A DNA stretch of 57,731 nucleotides, filler included, from Circinaria calcarea (Eukaryota), in the NCBI GenBank assembly GCA_051942165.1. It is 6 parts of 6 records of this genome, joined end to end, with 100 filler letters (N's around TTAATTAATTAA, not from the genome) between each part and the next. Parts side by side here need not be neighbours in the genome. Positions count along the whole stretch, not along the records: positions 28,931 to 38,466 come from JAVECS010000918.1; positions 38,567 to 48,101 come from JAVECS010000919.1; positions 48,202 to 57,731 come from JAVECS010000920.1; 3 more parts are not named here. The stretch is one strand, 5' to 3'. The notes beneath the pieces were generated by a model. The model made no database searches, was not told the origin of the DNA, and worked only from the letters and a program-made list of their open reading frames with translations. The translations under genes were made by a program, and so were the position numbers. The stretch's first letter is position 1; the number at the start of each line of letters is the position of its first letter. This document shows positions 38,067-50,741 of this stretch, piece by piece.

Positions 38067-38466
38067 ATGGGTATCAAGGGGTTTGTGCCTCTACTTTACA
38101 TTAACGGCTTTATTGTTGACGGTAAGACAGCATTTATGGCGAAATTGGCCCTGGTCAGCGAATAGCTCTATCAAAGCTTGCTGTTGAAAAGCTTGAAGAA
38201 ACTGGCCGACCGCTACGAATCGCCATCGACGTCTCCATATGGCAGTTCCAGGTACAATCTGGCAAAGGGGGCTCAAACCCTGCCTTGCGGACCCTGTACT
38301 ATCGACTACTACGCTTGCTATCTCTGTCCATAGAGCCCCTATTTGTATTCGATGGGCCCAACAAGCCACCTTTCAAACGAAATGTTCGGACCAGCCCTAA
38401 TATGGCATCACTTCCAAATTTACTTGCTAAACAAATGTTAAAACTTTTTGGATTTCCCTACCTGAC
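38067..38466 (+). CDS. YEN1: XPG/FEN-family Holliday junction resolvase Yen1/Gen1, N-terminal part
   Basis: Spliced MGIKGIYGEIGPGQRIALSKL...RPLRIAIDVSIWQFQVQSGKGGSNPALRTLYYRLLRLL...PLFVFDGPNKPPFKR; truncated by contig end. Confidence 0.88.
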
Positions 38467-38566
38467 NNNNNNNNNNNNNNNNNNNNNNNNNNNNNNNNNN
38501 NNNNNNNNNNTTAATTAATTAANNNNNNNNNNNNNNNNNNNNNNNNNNNNNNNNNNNNNNNNNNNN
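38467..38566. other. Artificial contig linker
   Basis: Same 100-bp block. Confidence 0.98.
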
Positions 38567-38596
38567 GAGAAGAAGAAGAAGAAGAAGAAGAAGAAG
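38567..38596. repeat. (GAA)n microsatellite at contig edge
   Basis: About ten GAA units, followed by C and A homopolymers. Confidence 0.9.
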
Positions 38597-39391
38597 CAAA
38601 AAGGACCCCCCCCCCCCCAAAAAAAACTACATATTAAACATTGAATTCAGCATACTATAATATAGGGACCGAATTCGGCCGAGGGACATAAAAGGTTCGG
38701 GCACAGCATTAACTGGCTGGCAACTACCATAGTAGTAACATTATATTGCAGAGTTTTTTCCTCTTGGTTTCGCACTCCCCCTCCCGAACCATACCATAGA
38801 ACCTACACACCACAAGCGAACACAGCGAACACGGCATAGCATAGCTTATGCACATTCCCATACCAAGTATTCCATTCGTTATTCGATGCCACTGTTGACC
38901 TGGTGATTTTAACACTACATGCAATACATCCGTTATGTTTTTGCAGTGGCGAAAAAAAGGGAAAAGGGGAGGGGGGGTTTCATTTGTAATCCAATCATTT
39001 AATCAGTCAGTCAGTCAATCAAATCAACCCTAATTGACCCCCCAATTGAACCACATTTGGGACATGTAACATCCACACGGCCGAGTTCTAGAAGTTTTTA
39101 GGGATCAACAACGATGGGGGATGGGGAATACCAGAGATAACTCTGCTCTAACTCTAGTCGCTTTATTTTCTACTTGCTATTTTTCTAATGCTGATGCCTA
39201 TTTTTTTCCAATCTTGGAGAAAAAAAATGAAAAAACCTCAATGATCACAAGCAAGTGGACAGAACACGCTCTAAAGGAGAAGGAGGGGGGAAAAGGCCAA
39301 CGTGCTGCGCGCACATACATATAAACCCCACCCCAGGGCCGGGGATTCCGCTTTCATGCCTGGATCATGTATCGGATTTTATATCGGATAA

Positions 39392-42300
39392 CTACCCCCC
39401 GGGAGTGTATCCCGGCCAACCCCACGATCGTGATACATCCTCGCCGAGAAAGTCGCCGTACCCCCCTTGCAGTGCGCCCCCTTGATAAGCGCTTTCGTCT
39501 CGTCCTTGCTCGCCCGGAATGGCTTGCGTCGAGGCTGGTCCGCGGGGTCCTACTTGCTCGTAAGGGTTCTGAAAGTATCCGTTGGGCTCTAGGACGTGCT
39601 CACCCGCCTGCCTAAAAGCAGAATCTTCCATGGAATGTCCGCCGTAGAAGGATTGTTCCTGGTTGTGGCCCATGACCGGTTCGTGCATTTCCGTATCAGG
39701 GCGTACGTGCGATTGATAGCCCGATAGCGCAGTATCAAGGCGTCCGTATGATGAGGTCCTCGGGAAAGCTAACTTCTCGGACGTCGACTCATAGCTACTG
39801 TTCTCTGGCTGGTAGTGAACACTGGCGGGTATTCCAAGTCCATAACCGAGACTCGGAAGCAAAGTGGCTTGGTCATCGCCTGTGACGCGCTCAACCTTTG
39901 TAGTAGGGAAGTCTGATGAGAATGGCGCTTCAGAAGTCGTTGGGCTAATCTCGAGTGGGCCGGCCTGCAAACCTTCAGTCATCCAGAGCCCGCTTGCCCG
40001 CCGTTGTTGTTGCTGTTGTTGTGATGAGGACAGGCGTTGCTTCAAAGACGGTTTCTTCACTGGTACTCGAGGCTTCAAACCCGAACCGGTCACAGTCTTT
40101 CGTTGGCGTTTCTTCCCGGCTGGCGGTGGAGGAGATGGTGAACCCAGTGATCTTTCAGCTGCTGTCGAACCACCAGCTCCCGATGCGGCCCAACCTGTAC
40201 CTGCGTTTGTAAAAGGAATAGAGCTACCGGCCATTTGAAAATTTAGCGGTGTGAAGCCACCCGGCAGAAATCCTTGGAGACCTGGGTCTTCAAGCAACAT
40301 CATGCCTTGCTTGCCCATGACCGTCTCCTTCGCCAATTCACCAGATTGAAACTCCTTCATTAGCCCCCCAAGCTTCTCGACTGCAGCACCTGCGAGCTTA
40401 TGTATACCTAATCGGTTCATCTCCAGGAAGGTACTGTAGGTCTGTTGAACAACCCCAAGATCCTGGGTATCTCCGGTTTCAAGCATGGACAAGGTAAGAA
40501 TCATGGCAGCATTGAAGGCTTGTTGACCCATGGTCCAGCAGATCATCGCAACGCGTAAACGGCTACGGAAAAATTCCATAGCGTCCAGTAAAGCACGACA
40601 AGACCGAAGGACTCGTTCTCGCCCTCGGGGGACTTGCTCCCTATCGCCGGATGAAAACTCTGTCATCAGGTCGACTGCCGAGTCCTTTTCATAATGCATG
40701 TTCCCCAATCGTTGTCGGTTGAGTAGGATCAAGAGATTATGAGTCTTTCCATAAAAGACGGCCGCTTGAGCGTCCAAGGGCCATGGTGGAAGAGGTTTCT
40801 GTTCATCGAGCCATGTCTTATCGAACAGGATCAGCTCGGGAAGAGTCTCTTTCAGGGCGAGTAGCTGGTCCGTATAGAGATCGATTTGATGGTTATTCAA
40901 GTACCCAGCAGACATTATCTGGCGGGATAGGATAGTAAACTGGCCAATGTAGTTGGACAGACTTTGGATGACCGGATTCGGAATCAATAGTTCCGGAGCT
41001 GGGCAGTCACCCATACTCGAAATCCCAAGAGGCCTACCCAAGGTCATTGAGTACTGCTGATCCATGTGAAGCATCCACCACCATATATTCTTTCGCGCCA
41101 TGACTTCCCCAAGAGGCGGAGGGGGATTTAATTGGCTTGGGTCACGATGTACTGGAGCTGTTAGAAAGAATGTTCTGGATCAGATATCGGCCTCGGTAGA
41201 TAACATACATCCAATACTTTGTGCCAACCGGACTGTAACACCGAACAACGCCCATGCATCGAGGAATTTGCCGCTATTCGTGAGATATGGACCGATCAAA
41301 ATCAGCGTTTCGACTGCCAGTAGCGACGGTCTGTTCATGAATGATGCCATCCGTAAAGCTTGCATGGCAGCAGCGACTAAGGAGATTAGCAAGGATTTGC
41401 AGGTGCTGGCTTTGGGATATCTCACTGTAGACGTCGCCCTTCTTCGACTCCTCCTCCATCGCCCCTGCCACCCACTTTCCTCCCGACCTGTCATACACTC
41501 CGTTCTGAGAACATTGAGCTAGCGTTGCAAACAGTAGAGCCAACATGTCCGGATGAACATGGGCGTTGTGTTGAATGTTGGCGAGAAACCGCTCGACCTC
41601 CTTCTTGGTACATTCCTCAGGCACGTGGGGGAATGAACATGACTGAACTCGATGGTGGAATATCTCCAGACCATCGATTATTTCATCCTTACTAGGTAGC
41701 AGCTCCACCAGTCCGGATACCCCGTCTTTGGCGGGCCAGAGCGTAGGGAACGGATGTGAGGTTGCCATCTGGAAGGCATAAATGTCCGTACTCCGTGGTA
41801 CCGAATGGGTAAGATTGGCCGCCTTCGGACCCACCGAAAGGTTTGCAAACTATGGCGGTCAAACGATGGCCCTGTAGGATCTAAAGGGAGTCACCAACCT
41901 CTTCAATCACACTGGCCATGCCGGGGGTCCCAAAGTAGATACTATCAGCAATTTCACCCTTGTTGAGTCGCTTCTGCCGAAGATTCACAGGTTTCTTCGG
42001 TACCTTTGGGACGGCACCCGCTTCCTGACCGGCATGCCCCGAAGGGCCATCCTCGGATTTGATGGATTGGCCACCACCGAGGATCTCGATCTGACGACGT
42101 AGGCGAGCGATTTCCTTGTCTTTCTCCCTCAGCGCTTCAGCTTGGAGGATTGGATGCCTCTCCGCTTCGGTCAGATCGTAATGGCAGCTGTCTGCTATCT
42201 GATGCAAAGAGCAGGCCGTACATGGCTGCACCCGGTCACACTGAACGCCGGATTAGACATGATGAGCCTGGGACCATCGTAGGGGACTGGGCTTACCTTG

Positions 42301-42449
42301 ACCTTGCGGGTTCTGCAGGGATTGCAGGACAGCTGAGGGCGTTTGGTTTTTTCTCGAGTTGGCTGAGTTTGCAACGACGGCCCTGTCTGTCCTCCAACAT
42401 CGTCTATAGGCGACGTGGAAGACGCAGCTTGCACGTCCGCAGCAGACAT
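39392..42449 (-). CDS. Zn(II)2Cys6 transcription factor with fungal TF middle homology region
   Basis: KRPQLSCNPCRTRKVK|CDRVQPCTACSLHQIADSCHY; AWALFGVTVRLAQSIG, RKNIWWWMLHMDQQYSMTLGRPLGI; several introns. Confidence 0.92.
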
Positions 42450-45400
42450 GATATTTTCTTTCTTAACAAAGAGCAGATAGAGGGAGATGGTAGCGAAGCT
42501 GGTATAGTATAAAGTCTTAATCGGCAAGTACACACATAGGAACCAGTACGCGCATCAATCAGGCTGAAAGACGATGGCAGACGGTGTGAAGAGATACACA
42601 GAGGACTCGACTGTTGCTTTATGGAGTTCCGATCATCTCTCGCATCCACCCTATTGAGGGAAAGGGAGGGATGATGGCCACTTTATGACGGACCATCGCG
42701 AGACCGTAATGAGGAATAAGGACAGCGCAGGGGTGTGGCGGACCTTTGATTAGACGGTAGGACCCCTGAGAAGCGATTGGTGGGCCGGGACTGGGTCCGG
42801 GGGTAGATGCATGTCTGTCGATCGTTTGGCGAAAGTGTGGAGCGTCAACAACCGATCTTTGGTTCCCTAGCTTGCACTTGGAGTTATCGCTCTTGCTCGC
42901 CGGATATTTATCACACTGTACCTTGTCGGCCCCTGCCAGTACCGCGTCTACAGTAACGGGGAGAGTGGGCAGTGAGGGTCACGCGGCACACGGCGGTCTG
43001 TGTTGCAGATACGGGAGCTTAGATCGGATCTGAGAGAGGTAGCTGATGAAGGGCCTCGGTGGCTTGCATCGGTGGCAGATCATGTCGAAGGAGTGGTCAC
43101 ACCCGGGATCCGCTCCCTCTACCCACATCCAGTATGATACAGGTCACACCGCGCATGGCCCCAGATCATATTAGGAGCGCCGATGCCTTTCTCTCATCAT
43201 GTATGTGTAAGCGCTTGGTAAGTCGGCGTGGGACAAGACAGCAGCTATGAAACGCAACTTCGATCCGAGACTTGTGACTGACAATTCCCCATTCCAGCTC
43301 TCCTGCCGAGATTGAAACCTTGGCGGATTGCGTGATGGGAGGGAGCTTGGATATCAGACGCTGCCCCCCAAACAAACATGAACACGAATACATCTCAACC
43401 TTAATGCTGCCACCATGACGGAAAAAAAGCGCCTTCCAGCTTGGCTAACTTCCAAGTAGTGCAGAAGGAAGCCAGCACGGCCTCCGATCATTCGACGCCC
43501 CTCGCAGAATTTGCCCGGTTTGAGATGCAGCGGCTTGAGGGCATTAACAGATTTCGAAGCTACCCGTTTTTATGCTAGAAGGCAAGGGGCTTTTGGGTGA
43601 TGTCAAGCCGATCGTTCAGCACCTTGCCACAGCCGGTAAGTTCGCTGCTAGGGCAGGCTCGTTATGCGGGCGCCATGTGAGAGTGGTGGAATAAAGCTTG
43701 AAGATAGTGAGTTTGCGCGTTGCGCTTGTAAAAACATAGCGGGCACTTACGGGTGCTGCCGAGGGGACTGATTGGACCGCGTCCAGACCCTCGAGCGAGC
43801 AGGCATCACCACTGTATACTGATTGACCATTTAGACAGTAAGTCGAGTATCTGAGCAGAGAACAGTGTCTCAGTCAGAAACCGGAGTTTACATGTGTGTA
43901 TCACCGCTCGAGATTGGCGTTTGTGGCGGTTGACCTCGTAAGCATCACCAATCAACATTGGGACAATGATTAGAGGTACAGTAACGAGAAGGGGGCAAGC
44001 TGAAAAACGCCTGGCCCAAATCGTCCGAAGGATTATACGACCGAATAGATTCAGCTGTCAAAGTACCGATTCGGTGCTTCGACCATGTCACCTTGACGCC
44101 CTTCATGTGCGCGAGCGGATTGCGCCTCAGGACAGCGCTCGCATTGGTCATTGAACGAAGTGATTTGTCACCGGTCTTTTGCCTGCATGAAGGAAGTAGT
44201 AGGTATCACCAGTAGTTTTCGAGCGCAGATTCTGATCTCGAGTCTCGCCGATGTGCCATTTACGGTTGGCTGATGGTGAATCCACTCATGTCGGTCTCCC
44301 TTGCTGTCAGCGGCCACCTTTCAGGTCGTGATCCGCTGTTATCGTTGTCGCCGAGTCTCTGGCGGAGCTGAAAGTAAGCAAACCGCGCAAGCCACGATGG
44401 ATCGAGATGCATGATATACCCACGGACAATGGCTCCGGCGGCAGCCAGTAGAGATTCGTCCATGCTTTCTGAAGCTATGAACCCGGCATGAATGTACAAA
44501 AAGACGAAGCGAAACCACACAGAGGCAGTGCCGGTGATGGCTGCAAGGTCGACCTAACAACCCTGCAGCTGCGTTTAAGCAACCGGAAACCCGACTACCA
44601 GGTCCAGCTTCCCACCATCAAGATAATGCAGGATTCGGAAAACGAGATTTGTGCGACTCCAAACGACCGCCAAAGCAGACTAAAAGGTCACCCTGGACGC
44701 TCAGGGGCAATTGGATCGGATCATTCCGAAGAGGAGACGGGACATCCAGATCTGACCAGACAATTTTAGCTTTAGCGCCAGATCTTGCATGAAACTGGGC
44801 GTCCCCTAAGGTACGGAGCAGAGGAGGATATCTCGCTGCACGCATCTGACAACTGCTGGGTACGAGATGATTATCGAGTTTTGTTCAGAAGCAAACCGTC
44901 ATCACGCTAGTTCTATGAGAACGAGGAAACAGGTGCGGGGAGATAGTCCTCGGATTGCCTCTCATGTACGCACTAGTAGAACCATGCCCGTGATTGCCCT
45001 CCTGCAAACTACAAGCCCTACTCCGTAGGATCATTCCCCTCCGACATGTACTGTGGAGCCACTGGCCAAGGTAATCCGAGGACAACTCTTCAGTACCATC
45101 TACAAAAAACACACTGTACAGTGTCCTTGCAATTCCCCAGAGGACACTTGGTGGGAATACCGTCTCGACACCAGCGCACAGCTTCCCTCAGCGACGTGGA
45201 TGTGCTAATCCCTCGCTAGGGATTCAGATTGGTCAGTTCTCCGGGGAGTGCTCCGCCCAGTGGGGAAAAGGGCGTGTCATTACCCCCCCTTTCCTGGTAG
45301 GACGTACAAGGGTCCATTTGTGCGTAAGTGGGAGGAGGGGGGGGGATCGGATGTTTGTGAGCACGACTGCTTGTTTAGCGGGGTAAGGTAGGTATCACAC

Positions 45401-46273
45401 TCACTTCTGCATCCTTATCGGTCGATGTATCCTGCACAGAGTGGTCTGGCCGAGCCTTCTGTACTGAACCGTGAAAAGGGCATGGGAGACCGTGCATTGG
45501 TACTTTTGGCTGCGTCCGAGTGCGCTCCCAAACGTCCCTCTCGAATCCTTTAAAGATCTGCGGTGGGGGGAGACACGCCTATGGCAGCATCTCTTCATCT
45601 ATGAACCTGTACGGTTTGGCGGTGAGCTCCCGATATGATTGGTTGATCGGGTTGCCCACGTGTCTACCGCTGCACTTTCAATATGAATGACCTCATGTAC
45701 TAGCCCATGGGCTGGCTGGCTAGTTTTGCCATGTAGGGAAAGCTGAGGCTATGGAGCGGGGAGTAAGCTCGGGTGTGGGGGTACGAGGGCTGGCTGAGCG
45801 GAAGAAAGTGCGGAGACTAACAGGTGGGGCCGGCAGAGTGTGGGGCCTCAGAGTGGCTCTAAAGGATAGTAGTGGGTGGAAATACAATACGACAGCATGA
45901 TGTGCAGCCGCCATTTCCTAGCAACCATGATTGCCCCAAGGGCGCTGTTTGTTTCATCCTCTCGGCCGCTGTCCGGATCTCGGATAGAGCAAACTTGGCA
46001 TCTTGGGGAAGTTTGGCTTGGCTAGGTGTGCTATATCTGATCATGTGATGAACCGGCGGGGTGGTGTTGTTGGACTACCTTTGTAGTAAAAGGCTATATG
46101 GCCCAATCGCGGAAGCTCTGCCGTAAGCCGTGTTAGAAGGATTACTGTGGATTACCAGTTGACCGGACCGTAAAGTATTCGGATCTTAATTAGACGGATG
46201 AAGGCCCAAAGAGCCGTCGGATAACAATCTGACTTCCCTCCCTTTTCGCCCCATCCCTACCATTCTCTACAGT

Positions 46274-46873
46274 TTACAAGCCTGGCGGCAACGTCTCAAA
46301 CGTCTCTGCAACCTCCTTCTCCCATCCCAACCTCACCTTGCCGTAAATCTCCGCGCCAGGTTCAAACTTCTGCCCTCCATCCAGCAAGATCGTGCGAGCA
46401 ATAACTTTGTCTCCGAGCACGGTTTGGTGGTGGTAGACGTGAGTGGTGCAGTTGGGGCAGTAGTAGCAATGGACGGGTTTGCCTGGTTGAAATGTCAGCG
46501 AGATATCCGAGAGAAGGACGATCGGGGGATGACGTTGGGGAAAATGAGAAAAGCTGGATGGGGGAGGGGGGAGTTACCAGAGTCTCCGTTGTACGTGTAG
46601 CATTTGAGAGCGTCTTTGCCCTTTGTGATGGTGAGGTCGTCTTTGGGAATTATTTGGTTGAGAGTGTAGGCACCCCCGCCAAGGGTCTTGCAGGTGTTGC
46701 AATGGCTATTGGAAGGAAGGGTGGTCAGCGTATATGGTGTGATGGATGTGGTGAGCTGGGTTTGGGAGAGGGGGGAGAATGAGGATGGCTCACCAGAGGA
46801 CGTGGGCGGTCGTGTCAAGCTTGGCGGTCCATTCGGTTTGACCACAATGGCATTTCCCGTTAAAGGTCGTCAT
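46274..46873 (-). CDS. GFA/CENP-V (Mss4-like) zinc-binding protein
   Basis: Three exons: MTTFNGKCHCGQTEW...HVLCHCNTCK...YNGDSGKPVHCYYCPNCTTHVYH...AEIYGKVRLGW...LPPGL*. Confidence 0.9.
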
Positions 46874-47716
46874 TGTGAGAGATTCGAGTGTTCTTTTTGG
46901 AGAATCAGGTGGGATGAGAATAGTACAAAGCTTTTCGTTCAAATCAGGAGAGAGGCGGGAAGAAGAAAGATGGAAGTAGGAGAGGGACCATGATGGATAT
47001 ATAAAAGGTCCCAAGCACTGAACAGCAAGGTCCCTTATTTAGCAGCCATCCCCACCTCTGGTAAGCAGTAATACGTCAGAAGTCCCGGCGCCATGGTTTT
47101 AGCTCATCCTCCGACTCCTTAAATCACGACTGTCACCAGAATCCCGAGTACAATTGCCCTAACGTGGCTCTTGTGTGATGACCAGCCAGGGGCTTGATTC
47201 GTCCATGGTGAATCTCGGTAGATTTTAACAAAGTCCATGCTCTCCGCTAAGGAAGGCTGACTCTACATACGGTAAGCGTAGCCGATGGAAAGCGACGGCA
47301 CAATTCCAAATACATTCCAAATCCTGTGCTGGTGCTAGCCCTCGAAGGAGCTGGGAATCCTCACCAAAGGTATAGAAGCCACCGCGATTGGTGCTACCTC
47401 TGTTCAATTGGACCGCCAGGGCTCGGCTAAAGTGTTCCGAGCCGTTCTGTTGACACAGGCTGGACATCTCTATGTGTTTACAGATTGGACGACTGGGGTC
47501 CATCTACCCGGGCGACGAAGACGGAATGTTAGTGTTGAGGAGTGTGGCCGGTAGTATGATGGCTTGGACCCGGGTTGTGTGAGAGGTGGTGGAGGAGAGC
47601 TTGTGAGTTAGGGGACAGGTTGGAGGGATGATCGGGCTGCTACGACCAAGCAAGAAAATAACAGATGTGGTGGAGAACGGAGGGCTTCCTACGGATACAG
47701 TTATACAGGTACATAT

Positions 47717-48101
47717 TCATACCAACAGTCCCCATTCACCATTGCTCTTCTTGGTGTCAAACACGGCCTCTTCCTCCAACCTCGCCACTAACCTCACCGG
47801 ATGCATAACAAGCCGCCTTGTGTACAGGTCGATCTCCTTAATCCGACACTCCCACCAGTCGCCAAGCTGAATGCCCCCCTCCCGCTTGCTGACCTCATCG
47901 TCGAACAGCGTCGCATCTGTGTGCGTCTCCCTTAGAATCCCAACTCTCGTCGGGGCGACGATGAAGATGTGAAAAGGATCGGGTAGTGTTGCCTCTTGGA
48001 AATAGTGTGCTCGAAAGATTAACTGCAGGGTCCAGTGTCGGTGAGAACTGCGTTTGGCCAGGGTGACCATGCGCTCGCGTTCCGAAATGCGCGGAATCAT
48101 G
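47717..48101 (-). CDS. Probable C-terminus of mitochondrial RNB-family exoribonuclease (Cyt-4/Dss1-like)
   Basis: HWTLQLIFRAHYFQEATLPDPF ... GDWWECRIKEIDL resembles the Pezizomycotina Cyt-4 tail as I recall it; the catalytic region lies beyond the contig edge. Confidence 0.6.
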
Positions 48102-48201
48102 NNNNNNNNNNNNNNNNNNNNNNNNNNNNNNNNNNNNNNNNNNNNTTAATTAATTAANNNNNNNNNNNNNNNNNNNNNNNNNNNNNNNNNNNNNNNNNNN
48201 N
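48102..48201. other. Artificial contig linker
   Basis: Same 100-bp block. Confidence 0.98.
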
Positions 48202-48260
48202 CCCCCCCCCCTTTTTTATCTCCTTCCGCTTCGCTCCTGTATCTGCTAACATGTTAGCAG

Positions 48261-50741
48261 GCCTGGTGCGCGACGCAGAACTTCGGCCGTCCTGCGTCCG
48301 GCTCGGCATATCTTTCCGGTGACTTGGTCGACGAGGGGAAGCTCTTGTTCTTTATTAAAGAGCATGTTGTTGAACGAGCCCCCCGCTCTGGCGCGCGTCT
48401 CGCGGCGGAAAAGAAGAGGAGGAAACAAAAGAAGGAAGAGGAGCGCCTGGTGGCGAAGAAAAGACGGGTTTCCGCCCTTCCTGGAAGAGCAGTGGCCGTG
48501 GGGGAGGAGTGGGTGGAAGAGGAAGAGGAGGACGCTGGCTTGAGCGCAGAGACTCCCTCCGAATTGTATTTGCAATATAATACAATTCGGGGTTATGTCT
48601 CTGCGATTCTGGGGCTGTATAATCGCCAGGTTTCGGCCAGGGTGAATTGCGCTCCTTGCCCGACTGGAGTTGCCTTAAAGGCACTCAAGTCCAGCGTCTC
48701 GCGCAGCGAGTTCCGTCGTCGCAGGTCCGAGTACGTGGACCGCGGCGTCGGCAACATGAAAGACGGGTATACTGCTGCGCAGGTGCCCGATGTCGCTGCC
48801 GCTGCCTACGGCTGGAAAAAAGAGAAGTCGATCGAGGCCGCGTTGCGTACCTGGGTCGACTTTTTACTAGGGCATTCGATGCTAATGCGATTAGGTAACC
48901 GGCTTATGCTAGAGTTACCCGATCTATTTATGATGTCCTTACCTCGCGAAGGTCCGCCCAGCAGTAGCTACGAAGCTTAGTACCTCGTTGCTCAAATGGA
49001 TCACGGTAGTACCCCCTTTTCTTTCGTTTGGACTGGTGTTCTAGCTAACTATATACAGGTAAAACTAACCAGCACGGCCGCATCGAGTACGGTGCGGCCT
49101 TGCGACATCGCAACCTCCTGGCTTGCCCCGTCGGGGCTTTATCGCTCTTCTTGTTCTGGAGGTGGCATTGCTCCGGGGAGCCCTTCCCTTGCTTTCGTAC
49201 CAGTCGTGACTGGTACGATATAAAGCTTCTAAAAAGGGACAATGCCCACCTCACAACCCGCCTTTCGGACCCTACGGCAGGGACCTGGATCCACCGCATC
49301 TATAATGCGAGTGGTGTCGTCGCCTCCCGAACAGGGCACGCCCCTCGGCGAACTGCGCCGAAGCATGGGGAGGATGTCGGAGTGACGGAGGACCAAGTAA
49401 GTCTTCCTTCTTGTATTTGTGTTGGCTAGATACATACTAACTACGTCTATAGATACGTCGTGCGGGACGTTGGAATGCAGACCAGATGACTGGCTGCTAT
49501 CTAACGTCTTTTGCCACGGCAATGGATGCGCGGGGATAGCGGATTTCGATCCTGACTATCCTGGCTCCTACTTTTTGCCTCGGGCGACCGTCGTTCCTCC
49601 GCCCTCCCTCCAGCAATGTGTCTGGCCCGCCCTGAACGGGTGGAGAGCTGCGCACATGCAGCTTTCAGGAGCAAGAGAGGTGGTGGAGCCGAACCTGGCG
49701 GCTGGTGCGTTTCTGGAGCTTCTTTCGAAGCTTAGAGAGGTGTTTTTACAGGTAAGTATGCCTTCTTTTCCGTTGGTTTTAATGATTGATTCAGCTAACT
49801 ACTTTATATAGGATTCTGTCTTCTTTCTGGAGGCTTTTCCCGGCCACCCCCTCTTCCGCCACCCCCTTTTCGCCTCCTCGGAGTATCTTGCCTTCGCCCA
49901 GGCAGTGAAGCGAGCTGTCGAGCTCGTGAAAAAGGAGGACCCACACTCGATCATGGTAGAGAAGGCGATGCCTGCCGTTGCCGAGCGTCTGCGGACCTTC
50001 TCTGGCATCATGCAGACAGGACTCACCTGCCTGAACGCGAGGCTTGAGTCCATGGAAGAGAAGGTAAGTTGCTGCTGCTTTCTTCTGCTAATCTACTTGT
50101 ACTAACTAAGTGCTAGTTCCAGGCTGTGCAAGCCTCCGTGGAGGACAGCCTCGGAGGTCAACTGACCCTGACCTTCTCTCCTGGTCGGACGAGGCTGCTT
50201 CCGCAAGGGTACGACAGAACCCCTTGCGCAGCAGCGAGAGAGGTCTTCCTCCCCTGCCCCTGGTACGGTACGGATCCCACTCCGCCCTACCTTCCAACCG
50301 GTCCTCTCTCCCTCGTCCTCCGTTCCTGGTCCTGGTCCTGCCTCTGCTGTGCCCATGGCTCCGCCCCTGACGCTGGCCGGACCTGCTCCCCTCGCTCCTT
50401 TGCCGATTGTCGCTCTCGCCGCTGCGAGCCAGGCACCCTCGTACAAACTGTCGAGGGAGGTCCGCGACATCCTCTCGCTGTGGAAAGAGTGGACGGTGGG
50501 CTTTGCAGGGCTCCCGTCCGTGGACGAGCTGGACAGGAGGTGGGGCTCGGCCTGGAGGGCTCCCTCGGAGCGGCAGTACTATAGTACTCGCCGCACCATT
50601 ATTGACGAGATTCGGAGGCGGGCAGGGGACTCGGAAGACTACGCTGGGGTGGTGAGAGGGATGGAGCCTGAGCGGAAGGCCTCTAAGGCGTCGCTGGATA
50701 AGGTCTTTAAGGCCTTGCGAAAGGACAGAAAGGGGGCATGA
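48261..50741 (+). mobile_element. Crypton (CryptonF-type) tyrosine recombinase gene, Ndc10-II-like YR + C-terminal GCR1_C domain; disrupted, 5' end missing
   Basis: Catalytic set LMR, GKTNQHGR, HAPR, AGRW, GCY; LACPVGALSLFLFWRW, WYDIKLL; GCR1_C-type LWKEWTVG...DELDRRWGSAWR...YYSTRRTIIDEI. In-frame TAG at 48978-48980 and +1 frameshift in T-run 49509-49512. Confidence 0.9.
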
